Positions 45,765-54,827 of a DNA stretch of 64,000 nt are shown here, piece after piece (positions within the stretch are counted from its first letter, which is position 1; each line of letters starts with the position of its first letter). The stretch spans positions 2,108,863 to 2,172,862 of the forward strand of contig OZ252002.1 of the NCBI GenBank assembly GCA_965247265.1, written 5' to 3'. The notes under the pieces are model-generated. The model was not told the origin of the DNA, did no database searches, and was given only the letters and a program-made list of their open reading frames with translations. The position numbers and the translations under genes are program-made. The DNA is from Gammaproteobacteria bacterium. GTDB lineage: Bacteria > Pseudomonadota > Gammaproteobacteria > UBA4575.

Positions 45765-46001
45765 CTAACTGCAATAACCTTTTGCCCTCGCTACTGCCTG
45801 TTCTACAAAATTTCCACTGCATGAAGTAGTTTGAGTCGTTTGCACGGTATTATTACCATCAGTCCCATTAATAGATTCTGCAAATACTTTGCCGCTTGGT
45901 TGGCTCATAAGCAATAACGCTGGTGGCGTGTAAACTGCAAATTTACCAGCTGACTTCAAGAATTTGCGTCTTGTATTAATATCAGTGGATTTATTACCCA
46001 T
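45765..46001 (-). CDS. small precursor-like peptide A (78 aa), Tat/leader-like N-terminal region, C-terminal Ser
   Basis: 'TRRKFLKSAGKFAVYTPPALLLMSQPSGKVFA' is shared with its neighbour; the 37-aa tail has 2 Cys and ends '...GYCS'; RBS AAGGA is 9 nt before the internal Met (4th residue of ORF 45765..46010), preferred start. Confidence 0.5.
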   Translation of the reverse strand: MGNKSTDINTRRKFLKSAGKFAVYTPPALLLMSQPSGKVFAESINGTDGNNTVQTTQTTSCSGNFVEQAVARAKGYCS

Positions 46002-46053
46002 AGGTACCATCCTTAGTTGCTACTGTTTAGAAACAATAAAGTTTCAATTTAAT

Positions 46054-46287
46054 TTACGAGAATAATCTCCTCAAAATTCTATAAATTATACTGCCATCAT
46101 ATTGGTGATCTCCAGTATGCTCACCATCGGTATATCCACCGGTTTTTTTAAATGTGGCATGGCTAGGCTTATTCATTAACATTAATGCAGGTGGTGTATA
46201 TACTGCAAACTTTCCTGCTGTTTTAAGAAATTTTCGTCTCGATTCAGTCTTATTTGAATTTGAATCATTGTTTTTATTTGTATCCAT
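46054..46287 (-). CDS. small precursor-like peptide B (77 aa), paralogue of A with a divergent C-terminal tail ending in Ser
   Basis: 'SRRKFLKTAGKFAVYTPPALMLMNKPSHA' is conserved; the tail 'TFKKTGGYTDGEHTGDHQYDGSIIYRILRRLFS' is unrelated to A; RBS GGAGG is 8 nt before ATG(MDTNK). Confidence 0.5.
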   Translation of the reverse strand: MDTNKNNDSNSNKTESRRKFLKTAGKFAVYTPPALMLMNKPSHATFKKTGGYTDGEHTGDHQYDGSIIYRILRRLFS

Positions 46288-46781
46288 ACGGATATCCTCC
46301 CTGTGATTTTTCCAGAACATATTAAATTTTAATAGTTTCAGCAAATAAATTTTGTGATCCTACGCACAACAAAAATTGCATTAAAAATACTGATTAATTG
46401 GTGATTTATTACGCTGAATATTATTAATATATTCTTTTCCACATCTTTCTACAAAGCTAATTATTATGACAAATTTGAATTTGGATCACGTTTTGTAAGG
46501 CACTGAATATCTATACTATTAAAGTACTCATATTTTGTAAAAATTATGTAGTTTTTTTACTTCTGATAAATATGTCCCTGACGTTTTTTATATTATATAA
46601 AAAACATGTTTATTTTTAATGAAATCTATCGATAGCTATTTGAAGAAATATGAAAATAAAACTGTTAATCGTATTGTTTAATGACAGTACGCGTTAAGAA
46701 TAATTTAATTGAAAATAAAGTTATATTAGTGGAGCTATATTCACTATTTTCGTAAAGATTCCATGAAATAAACGTGAATTT

Positions 46782-47412
46782 TAATAATCCTCCAAACCAT
46801 TTGTACGAATCGATTGAATTGCAATTATAGGGCTGCTCCCAATGGTGAGATCTTCGTTAAATTTATGTGAGTAGGAAAAATTAAAAAATAATTGCGAAAA
46901 ATCTATCCCGGCTGTACCTGCACCAAATACACTGGGAAATGTAGCGACAGGTGCAGGACCTGGTCCATCAGGATCAAAAGAAGCGGACCCACCGCTACTG
47001 CTGTAACTCGTATTTAATCCAACATTACCATATAAAGAAAAACCTATCGCATCTTTTTCAGAAATCCATTTATTAATTCCAAAGCTTGCAATTAAGAATA
47101 AATCATTACGGCTGTTTTGAGACGCAGGACCAATAGTAAATGCCCTCCTGCCCCATTTGCAAGACTCTCTGATGACGAATATCCTCGGTCGGGATGAAAC
47201 AATATTGTTCCTACGTCAAATTGATTGCCTATGAACACCATACCAGCAGGGTTTGTTGCAGCAGCCATTGTATCCAACGGTAATGCAGCGCCTGCACCAG
47301 CAAGTGCACGTGTTTTAATTCCTGTGCCGTGCGCAAAATATCCGTTTGTAGTATTTCCAATTACTGGAATGAATATTAAAAGCACTATCACATAGATATT
47401 ATTTAATTTCAT
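46782..47412 (-). pseudogene. FadL/TodX-family outer membrane protein, disrupted (frameshift near 47095, probably internally deleted)
   Basis: N-terminal ORF 47092..47412 has a signal peptide and 'TMAAATNPAGM'; a C-terminal beta-barrel region ending '...TNGLEDY*' is in another frame (46782..47090); the total is about half the length of FadL. Confidence 0.4.
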
Positions 47413-47449
47413 TTATTTCTTCCATGTATTTCTTCAACCTAAATTTTGA

Positions 47450-47996
47450 TTACCTCTTGGCTGTTACTTCATCAACTGAAGCTAATTCTGCTTCGTTCCC
47501 CCACTTAGTGCGTTCATGATTCACTACTGCAACCACTTCTACGTCACTTAGCTGTGCACCAAACCCTGGCATCGGTGATGGATAGTTAATCCCATCTATT
47601 TCTTTATCCTTTAAACCATTTAGAACAACATCTATATGATCACTTTTATCTTTACTTTATACTGTTTTATTTCCTGCAAGCGCTGGAAAGACTCCCGGTA
47701 ATCCTTGGCCATTAGCCTGATGACACGATGCACAATAGTTTCCATATATTTGTCCACCCAATGCATTATCCTCGTTTGTTGCGACCTTACTGAGTTCAGG
47801 ATTATTTTTTTCTTTTTGTGCTGCAACATTAGACTGATACGTACCATACTCCAAAACAAGATACCCGACAGCCCATGAAAAGATGATAAGACATAAGACC
47901 CATGCCCATGTTGGGATAGGAACAGGATTTTCAATTCGAATTGGTTCGAACTCATCACCAATACGACTGCTATATGCATTCGCTAAATAGAAAGAC
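47450..47996 (-). pseudogene. CcoP-like membrane-anchored monohaem cytochrome c; 5'-truncated and frameshifted
   Basis: 'ENPVPIPTWAWVLCLIIFSWAVGYLVL' (CcoP transmembrane segment 2-like) and 'CASCH' haem site in one frame; 'SPMPGFGAQLSDVEVVAVVNHERTKWGN' C-terminus in another frame (shift near 47650); no start codon before the transmembrane segment. Confidence 0.5.
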
Positions 47997-48300
47997 TAAT
48001 AATTTATTTTCAGCAAGCATAGGAAAGCTTCTGGTTGAATATGCTGATTTAGATCAGTCAAATTTACTGAGGTTTAATAAATATTATATTAATCATCTTT
48101 TAACTGATCTAATACAGTAAAGGCTAATATTCTCTTTGACCTCTATAACTTCAAGCAAGCACAGTCCATAGCCCTTTAAAAGTCAGCTTTAACTGTAGGT
48201 TCACATTAATAACAAGTAAGTTGAATAATAGCTTTTATCTAAATTTGAAGCCCGAATCAGCATATAATCGGGCTTCTTAGTTATAAAAGAATACTAATTA

Positions 48301-48747
48301 TCAATTAATCTTAACATGTATTTGTTTTGGTTTTGCTTCCTCTGCTTTTGGTATAGTTAATTCCAAAACTCCATTGCTAAAAGATGCTTGCGCATTATTG
48401 ACATCAACTTGCTTAGGCAGGGAAAAACTTCGTTCAAATGAACCATATACGCACTCAGTACGGTGTTCACGATGCTCATCTGTAACTTTTTCAGTGTTTT
48501 TTTCACCACTGATTATTAATGTATTATCATCAATTGTGACATCGACATCATCCTTTTTAACTCCTGGAATCTCGCCTTTAACAATATAGGCGTCCTTGGT
48601 TTCTTTGATGTCGACAGAAGGAACCCAATTCCCACTTAATATTCCTTCATCCTCCTTACGTAAACCAGAAGCACTTGTAGGAAATTGATAACGCTTAAGC
48701 ATCTCCCCCATCTCACGAAACGGGTCAAATTGTATTATATTGTTCAT
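48301..48747 (-). CDS. Hsp20/alpha-crystallin small heat-shock protein
   Basis: 148 aa; ACD-domain motifs 'VDIKETKDAYIVKGEIPGVKKDDVDV...GVLELTIPK'. Confidence 0.85.
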   Translation of the reverse strand: MNNIIQFDPFREMGEMLKRYQFPTSASGLRKEDEGILSGNWVPSVDIKETKDAYIVKGEIPGVKKDDVDVTIDDNTLIISGEKNTEKVTDEHREHRTECVYGSFERSFSLPKQVDVNNAQASFSNGVLELTIPKAEEAKPKQIHVKIN

Positions 48748-49004
48748 AATAATCTCCTATAAAATAAATTACTCAACGTATATTTAGTTTAAGTAGGGCC
48801 ATATGCTTGTTTTTCAAGCCTATACGTGAAAATTTAAAAATAAATTAAACGTATTTCGCTTTTAACTAATCTAAATCAATTTATAGATAGCTCTTTATTC
48901 CTCGTTATTCAATCAGTGGTTACTCACTGACATAGATCAATATAAGTTTTCTTAAATTTCGATATATATAATTTATCCAAATTAAACTTTTAAAAGATAC
49001 TAAA

Positions 49005-49373
49005 ATGAACCCAACGTTATTCGATAAAATTGGCGGAAAGGAAACTGTTGAGAAAGCCTCACATTTTCTGTATGTAAATATTTTGCGGGATAGTCGAATT
49101 AAACATTTCTTTGAAAATGTCGATATTGAAATACAGAAGCGCAAAATGTCGGCATTTTTAACATATATATTTGGCGGGCCATCTCTTTACACAGGAAGAG
49201 GTATGCGTCTCGCACATAAAGGTGCAGTTGAAAATGGATTAAACGATGATCATTTTAATGCCATGATTGATTGTGTGAGAGCTGCACTAAATGAGTTAAA
49301 CATTGATAACACCTCCATTAATCAAGTTACAAAAACTATCGAAGAACATCGTGATGATGTGCTAAACAGATGA
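49005..49373 (+). CDS. glbN: truncated haemoglobin (2/2 Hb, group I)
   Basis: 'FDKIGGKETV...FY..V..D..I..FF' and 'FGGPSLYTGRGMRLAH' trHbN signature. Confidence 0.8.
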   Translation: MNPTLFDKIGGKETVEKASHFLYVNILRDSRIKHFFENVDIEIQKRKMSAFLTYIFGGPSLYTGRGMRLAHKGAVENGLNDDHFNAMIDCVRAALNELNIDNTSINQVTKTIEEHRDDVLNR

Positions 49374-49696
49374 TGAAACTACGTATATAAGAAAGTTTAC
49401 ATAATGGTTATTAAACGAATCTACTTGAACCAACTATCAATGACTTAAAAATCATTATAAAAATAATGATTAGCACCCAAATCAGGAAACTCAACAACTT
49501 CTTTAATCTTCTCGGCTAGGGCAATTACTTTAGGGTCATTCGATATTAGAGTATGGTAGTTGAGCGCTCAACCACACTCAGTTTATATGCTGTTTATATA
49601 TAGTGTCTTTATAACTCTAACAAAACTTGGTGCCCCAAAGTTTCCCCTAAATTTAATTCATCATAAAAAATTCAGCAGTAATAGCGAAACTTTAAT

Positions 49697-49906
49697 TTAA
49701 ACAGTAACAATATTTTCGGCTTGCGGGCCTTTTTGACCTTGAGTGATTGTGAATTCTACTTTTTGACCTTCTGCCAAAGTTTTGAATCCTGCACTAGCAA
49801 TTGAGCTATAGTGCACAAATACATCTGGGCCAGACTGCTGCTCTATAAAACCAAATCCTTTAGATTCGTTAAACCATTTAACTGTTCCATTTACTGTGTT
49901 AGACAT
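49697..49906 (-). CDS. cold-shock protein (CspA family)
   Basis: '[15 protein letters not shown]' RNP1 and 'VFVHY' RNP2. Confidence 0.9.
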   Translation of the reverse strand: MSNTVNGTVKWFNESKGFGFIEQQSGPDVFVHYSSIASAGFKTLAEGQKVEFTITQGQKGPQAENIVTV

Positions 49907-50157
49907 AATAATATTCCTAAATAATTAAAAAATAAGTGCGCCTCTTGTTAGACATGAATAGCGTGAGAATAGACTAATTTTAAAAACTTCAGGACGGGGT
50001 ATTACGAATAAAACAACGAAATGAAAATATAAACAAAAGACTTTCTTTAAGCTGATTTGCAGACTATAAGGCTGAAATTTTGAAGTCAACCTATTTTACA
50101 AAAATTTAGATGTAAATCATCATTTGACAGGCACATTACTCTACCAAAAGATAACTA

Positions 50158-50188
50158 AATGTCCGCTTTGGGTCGATAGCGGTCATTT
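50158..50188. repeat. hairpin repeat copy 1
   Basis: AATGTCCGCT-TTGGGTCGAT-AGCGGTCATT. Confidence 0.7.
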
Positions 50189-50522
50189 ATTTATTAGCAG
50201 AAATCATTGCTACAGCATGGCTTGTTATCTCTTGATAAACCCCTTCCCCTCCTGGGAGGCTTAAATTTAAATTATGATCCCAATGTGAATTTTCATTTTG
50301 ATTTTCTAATGCTGCAAAGCTGATAGAAAAATTTGACTCTTTACCATCCCACACAAATAGTATTCTGCTATGCGGTTTTCCTAATTCCAACGTGAAACTT
50401 CCAAATACCATTGGGTAATACGAATGTCGGTATACGGCGATCCCAGATTCTCTTAATTCTTCTGCTATGAATAAGAGCGACTTTATATGTTCTATCGCTT
50501 GTTGTGAGATATTCATTACCAA
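50187..50522 (-). CDS. hypothetical protein bracketed by two copies of the hairpin repeat
   Basis: 111-aa ORF; repeat copies lie at 50158-50188 and 50536-50568. Confidence 0.35.
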   Translation of the reverse strand: MVMNISQQAIEHIKSLLFIAEELRESGIAVYRHSYYPMVFGSFTLELGKPHSRILFVWDGKESNFSISFAALENQNENSHWDHNLNLSLPGGEGVYQEITSHAVAMISANK

Positions 50523-50535
50523 TTATTATTACATT

Positions 50536-50568
50536 GTAATGTCCGCTTTGGGTCGTTAGCGATCATTC
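50536..50568. repeat. hairpin repeat copy 2
   Basis: GTAATGTCCGCT-TTGGGTCGTT-AGCGATCATTC. Confidence 0.7.
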
Positions 50569-51066
50569 CCTTTTCTGCTTTCTCCACTCCCATGGCTTTA
50601 CTCTTTCACTCTCTGGTAGCTTCCAAATTCCTACCTTACTCTCTTGCGCCTCTTCTTCAAATTCATATAAACGTTCAGTCGTTGCATACTTAGGGTACAC
50701 ATACGCATATCCACCTTTCACTAATTCACCATTCACCCATACGTCTCCAACATAGACATGCCCTACAATGCGGTCGTAACGATCTATATCAACTTCATAA
50801 ACATCGACGACTTTACCGGCAACGTAATCCACTAAGGCTTCTTTAGATTTTTTCCAGAAAGGTTGGCCTCGCTCAGGCGCATCAATTTCAGCTAAACGTA
50901 TACGAAGTTCTTCATTATCAATCAAGATTCTGATGCTGTCCCCATCCGTAACTTTAACAACTTCACCTCTGTAAGCTATTTTTGTGCTTTGTACGTCACT
51001 ACATGTGACATAGAAGAAAGCAATGGAGCTAATGAAGAATAGGTAAAAAAGAGATTTCTTGATCAC
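50563..51066 (-). CDS. thermonuclease (SNase-like), secreted
   Basis: 'VTDGDSIRI...IRLAEIDAPE' and 'R...Y...VW' SNase catalytic motifs; signal peptide. Confidence 0.7.
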   Translation of the reverse strand: MIKKSLFYLFFISSIAFFYVTCSDVQSTKIAYRGEVVKVTDGDSIRILIDNEELRIRLAEIDAPERGQPFWKKSKEALVDYVAGKVVDVYEVDIDRYDRIVGHVYVGDVWVNGELVKGGYAYVYPKYATTERLYEFEEEAQESKVGIWKLPESERVKPWEWRKQKRE

Positions 51067-51505
51067 AAGTAATCAGCTACCTTCATACACGGCTCCTGCG
51101 ATGTGAAAACCTTTTGCACTCACTGTTTTGGAAGCGTCAAGAAAATATAATTCGGTCTCTCCTTCTTGGACATGCGTTTTATCAGAATCTTGGTATTCCA
51201 TTATTGACGGATAGGCCCAGATTTCGATGGTGCTGCCATTGGGGACTTCATCCCAATAATTCTCGATTGCACCCCATATGGGTTGGCCTTGTTTAGTAAA
51301 AGTTTGTATACGACTTGGTTCCCCAAATTGAGCAGTAATCTCATCACGTGCGGCTCCCACATTGAAATCAGCGTGCATTGGTACAGGCACATCGTCACTA
51401 CATGAGACAATTAATACCATGAACGGGAGGATTAAAAAGTATTTAATGCTTCTTAATCTTTTTATTTTCATCTGTTGAGTCCTAATTCGTGATGAATTTA
51501 TATTT
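50985..51505. repeat. segmental duplication, copy A (thermonuclease 5' end + lipoprotein gene)
   Basis: ~85% identical at the nucleotide level to 58665..59200. Confidence 0.6.
51073..51471 (-). CDS. lipoprotein, copy 1 (paralogue at 58764..59162)
   Basis: lipobox 'VSC'; ~85% identical to the second copy. Confidence 0.5.
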   Translation of the reverse strand: MKIKRLRSIKYFLILPFMVLIVSCSDDVPVPMHADFNVGAARDEITAQFGEPSRIQTFTKQGQPIWGAIENYWDEVPNGSTIEIWAYPSIMEYQDSDKTHVQEGETELYFLDASKTVSAKGFHIAGAVYEGS

Positions 51506-51905
51506 AGAATTTGTGTTCTGTATCACTGGGAACTAAATCATCTGTGGTCCAACTTGAAACTTTACTCCAAGCTTCTTCTAATATTGTTTCCAAGTTGGTT
51601 TTGAGCTCCTGGATGGAGACTGAATTGATGATGGTTTCATGCTGCCATATATGATCGCGTTCTTCGAGTTGATACGCACAAATCCATAACGTCCAGGTAA
51701 GCTCCTTTTCGTTTTGAAGATAGATTTGTATCAATCTATGTAAACTATCCACCCAGCGTAATTCACGGTCCGGCCAGTTCTTGGTATTTTTGCCTAGTGG
51801 AATATCTTTACTACTTGCAAATTTCTCCAGTATTGGATCAAGGCTTTCCAATGGTTTTGCAAGTCTTACCCATTCCTCATCTGTTCCATGAAAACCATTT
51901 GCCAT
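51504..51905 (-). CDS. hypothetical protein
   Basis: ORF only. Confidence 0.35.
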   Translation of the reverse strand: MANGFHGTDEEWVRLAKPLESLDPILEKFASSKDIPLGKNTKNWPDRELRWVDSLHRLIQIYLQNEKELTWTLWICAYQLEERDHIWQHETIINSVSIQELKTNLETILEEAWSKVSSWTTDDLVPSDTEHKF

Positions 51906-52142
51906 AATTAATGCTTTTTAATCTCTTTATTCCCTTGAACAGTCTCCACTTGCTTGATCACTGATAACATCACTTCCATTCCCATCTTAAAAATCTCTTT
52001 GGCTTCTTCTGTCAGAACCCATGGTCGGCTTGCGAGAGGTGGATTATGTCTTACATGTTGCCAATAACCGTATTTGGTGTGAGATTAGATGAAATTCAAA
52101 TAAGACAATTAACTGTGTGGCTTATTCACAATTAAGTAAGTT

Positions 52143-52179
52143 TGAACGTCCGCTTTCGGCCATTAGCAGACATAACGTT
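52143..52179. repeat. hairpin repeat copy 3 (degenerate right arm)
   Basis: GAACGTCCGCT-TTCGGCCATT-AGCAGACATAACGTT. Confidence 0.6.
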
Positions 52180-52270
52180 TAGGATCAGCGGCCGCACGAC
52201 CACGTTTAACTTTAGCTACCTATCCATCAAGGTCCGCTGCATCCGCTTGTTAGGCGGTGTAAATACTGTT

Positions 52271-53083
52271 TCAAAATACAATGGTCACACGCAAGAAGGC
52301 TGCAGTAATAGATGTGGTGTCCTTGTTTGAGCTTTGATTGTGCACGTTGAAGAGGTCATCTAATTCCCTTTCAAGGTCCGAGGCATTGCCATTCTTTTCA
52401 GCAGCCACGAATGCATTCATGGTCGGTCCGTAGTATTCTTTATAAGTCCTCATATACTCGGTAGCTGATACGGGCGCATTAAAAGTCCATGAATCTCGGG
52501 AAAATGATATGTGGTCCGCTGGTACACCAGCCGCTACAAAACGCTCGGTTACGTTACCTTCAACACCCCAGGTCATCGGGCTAATGAATCCTTCTGGCGG
52601 CGGCGGCATATAGGCAGAGACGATTTTTAGGATTTGTGCCACTAGTGTTGGATCATTCGGAATCCAGTTCCCCATGATTATCCTGCCTCCGGGACGGGTT
52701 ACTCGAACCATCTCCTTAGCTACGTCAAACGGATTTGGTGCGAACATGGCTCCAAAGATGGATACAACAAGATCAAATGAATCATCTGCTAGCTCATGTA
52801 AATTACTGGCATCGCCTTGCTGAAACCTGCAATTTACGAGATTTTCCTTCAAGGCTCTTTTGTTCGCGGCTTCAAGCAGATTATCCGCGATATCCACACC
52901 CACTACTTCAGCTCCAAGCCTTGCCGCGGGTAAAGCAGTGGTTCCATCACCACAACCAAGATCCAGCACTTTCAGGTCTTTGTGAACGCCGATGTTTTCG
53001 ACAAGTGCTTCTCCACTCTCTCGCATAGTATCGGCAATGCGTGTGAAATCGCCTTTTTCCCATAGAGCTTTATTTTGATTCAC
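52271..53083 (-). CDS. class I SAM-dependent methyltransferase
   Basis: 'VLDLGCGDGTTAL' motif I. Confidence 0.75.
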   Translation of the reverse strand: MNQNKALWEKGDFTRIADTMRESGEALVENIGVHKDLKVLDLGCGDGTTALPAARLGAEVVGVDIADNLLEAANKRALKENLVNCRFQQGDASNLHELADDSFDLVVSIFGAMFAPNPFDVAKEMVRVTRPGGRIIMGNWIPNDPTLVAQILKIVSAYMPPPPEGFISPMTWGVEGNVTERFVAAGVPADHISFSRDSWTFNAPVSATEYMRTYKEYYGPTMNAFVAAEKNGNASDLERELDDLFNVHNQSSNKDTTSITAAFLRVTIVF

Positions 53084-53275
53084 GATATCTCCTGACGAGA
53101 TTGGTTAAGATATTGAGTATATCCGCCTAACATATTAATACATGGCGATTTTGCTTAGATATCACGCTATACGTGTAGAATCTGCAAGATCCACCATTAA
53201 CATGCATTAACACCAATTAAATAGTGATACCTGAGCATTTTTGCATTGATATCGCATATATATGGTTAGTATTGC

Positions 53276-53306
53276 AATGCCTGCTTTCGGCCAAAAGCGG
53301 TCATTC
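53276..53306. repeat. hairpin repeat copy 4
   Basis: AATGCCTGCT-TTCGGCCAAA-AGCGGTCATTC. Confidence 0.65.
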
Positions 53307-53341
53307 GCCATGCTATTTAATTAGCCATACGCCTAGAATAA

Positions 53342-53647
53342 TTATTCCAAGACCAATGATTCGAAGTGCCGTAATCTTTCCATCCGCAAATAAAGATGAA
53401 AAACAAACGAAACTATTAAACCTACAGAAATAACGAAAGTGATTGCATATGGAGAACTTTTTAATGCGTAATATGTAGCCACGCCAAAACCAGCACTACC
53501 TATAATTACTAGTCCAAAATTAATTAGATTGCTAACCGGAGCAATTAATGCGTATTTAAAAGATGCCACTTCACCTGTTCGGAGACCATAATAAGAGAAT
53601 AGAGTGTAGGACACTATTGTCGCGACTATCGCTAAAATCCAATTCAT
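53342..53647 (-). CDS. small membrane protein
   Basis: three transmembrane segments. Confidence 0.35.
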   Translation of the reverse strand: MNWILAIVATIVSYTLFSYYGLRTGEVASFKYALIAPVSNLINFGLVIIGSAGFGVATYYALKSSPYAITFVISVGLIVSFVFHLYLRMERLRHFESLVLE

Positions 53648-53725
53648 TGTTTGCTCAGCTCTTTAGTATTTTTAAATTTGTGAACATGCTTTTTAGATTA
53701 TATAGTATCTGTATTCACCTCATCC

Positions 53726-53767
53726 AATGTCCACTATGTGTCGCTTACCGGCCAAAAGCGGACACTC
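53726..53767. repeat. hairpin repeat copy 5 (9-nt insertion in the left arm)
   Basis: AATGTCC[actatgtgt]CGCTTACCGGCCAAAAGCGGACACTC. Confidence 0.55.
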
Positions 53768-54038
53768 ACGATCTTGGAGTTACTTCCCTACGAATATAAT
53801 ACGAAGTATTTTAAGGAGGGCTTTGTTGCCCCTTATTAACATTAGAGTTTGAATTTTCTCTACAAGGTGTTTGAAATGGATAATAAAAAGCTGAAGGTAA
53901 GATAGCAAATCCAACAAGCGTTGATATAAGAATATGTTTTATTGTGCGCTTAGTGGTGACTTATTGGTGACTCATTTTTTTATTGAAATGAGCTATATGT
54001 TCTAGCAACTTATATATTGCTGTTTTTAGAGGATAAAT

Positions 54039-54088
54039 TGGCGCGCCCGGAGGGACTCGAACCCCCGACCACCTGGTTCGAAGCCTAG
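54039..54088 (-). other. tRNA-Arg(UCG) 3' fragment (anticodon loop to CCA), att-like remnant, copy 1
   Basis: minus-strand reads ...CUUCGAA (anticodon UCG)-CCAGG-UGGUC-GGGGGTTCGAGTCCCTC-CGGGCGC-G-CCA; the 5' half (D-arm, 5' acceptor) is absent. Confidence 0.6.
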
Positions 54089-54139
54089 TATACATTTCAA
54101 TGATTACAATGAGTTAAATTTAAAAACTATTTAGATTAT

Positions 54140-54170
54140 GAATGTCCGCTTTCGGCCAATATCTTTATTT
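54140..54170. repeat. hairpin repeat copy 6 (left arm + loop only)
   Basis: GAATGTCCGCT-TTCGGCCAAT, then diverges; 50 nt from the tRNA fragment. Confidence 0.55.
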
Positions 54171-54692
54171 TTGTATTGATTCTAGATACAAAAGCAGTTC
54201 GAAGATTCTTCCTCTTACAAGCGTTTCAGAATAGCGAGTTCTTATTTCAAGCCAATGTTCCGTATTATAGCGGTCACCCCATACTGGCATTACACGCGGG
54301 CCGTGAGATTTTATTTCTTCACGTCCATCAATGATTCGATATAGTTTGCTGAATGGAAATTCAGCATAATTCTTTTTTTGAATTAAGGTTAAATTTGCAG
54401 GTTTCTCCATTAATGCAAATGCGTAAAAGCCATTACCCTTTCCATCCAAACCATGACAAAGCGAACAGGTTCTCTCATACTCTTTTTGACCCATAAGAAC
54501 CGCATCTTTTGTTTGTTTTATTAACTCTTCTTCGTCAATATTCTCTTTGGCGCGCACATCGGTGATTACATTAATTTCTTTTTGAGCATTAATAAGCTCT
54601 TCAACATCTTGCGCAAAAGTTTGATGAACTATTACGCTTAAAATACATGTAAATATAATTAGAATTCGAGAGCGTAGGCGAATATATTTCAT
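54165..54692 (-). CDS. class I c-type cytochrome, secreted
   Basis: 'CSLCHG' haem-binding site and 'MPVWGD' Met ligand; signal peptide from the internal Met (MKYIRLRS) of ORF 54165..54746. Confidence 0.7.
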   Translation of the reverse strand: MKYIRLRSRILIIFTCILSVIVHQTFAQDVEELINAQKEINVITDVRAKENIDEEELIKQTKDAVLMGQKEYERTCSLCHGLDGKGNGFYAFALMEKPANLTLIQKKNYAEFPFSKLYRIIDGREEIKSHGPRVMPVWGDRYNTEHWLEIRTRYSETLVRGRIFELLLYLESIQK

Positions 54693-54827
54693 TGTCATTA
54701 AAAAATAAAATTTAATGCAAAATATTTTATACGATTTTAATATCACTGATATGATTTAGATCAAATATTTCAAGGATTTATGGCAGGTTGGAGTACGTAT
54801 TAGAATACATATAAGTACTGATCAAGA

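Noticed and set aside
45765-46344. Interpreting the two small peptides simply as Sec/Tat-secreted proteins unrelated to the neighbouring enzymes
   Set aside because: This is not fully rejected; it is kept as an alternative. Against it: mature products of only ~33-37 aa are unusual Tat substrates; the h-region is short and contains Lys and Pro; and the genes sit directly upstream of an RRE-containing enzyme gene.
47632-47979. ORF 47632..47979 (-) 115 aa
   Set aside because: It is an out-of-frame read across the CcoP-like cytochrome c remnant (low-complexity, K-rich product). The cytochrome frame carries the transmembrane segment and CASCH motif.
47941-48000. Printed sequence line 47941 contains 59 nt rather than 60
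   Set aside because: ORF-track translations on both sides are consistent only if one extra T is present at ~47941 (ttggttcgaac). I treated this as a formatting loss, not a biological deletion. Frame analysis of the cytochrome c remnant was done on the corrected sequence.
52142-52330. ORF 52142..52330 (+) starting 'MNVRFRP'
   Set aside because: The start and first residues are encoded by a hairpin-repeat copy and the ORF runs antisense into the methyltransferase gene, so it is an artefact of the repeat. The same 'MNVRFRP' artefact makes the start of ORF 58206..58544 unreliable.
54039-54088. Calling the two tRNA-like segments tRNA genes
   Set aside because: Both lack the D-arm and 5' acceptor strand; upstream sequence cannot pair with the CGGGCGC acceptor 3' strand. 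They are 3' fragments (att-type scars), not functional tRNAs.
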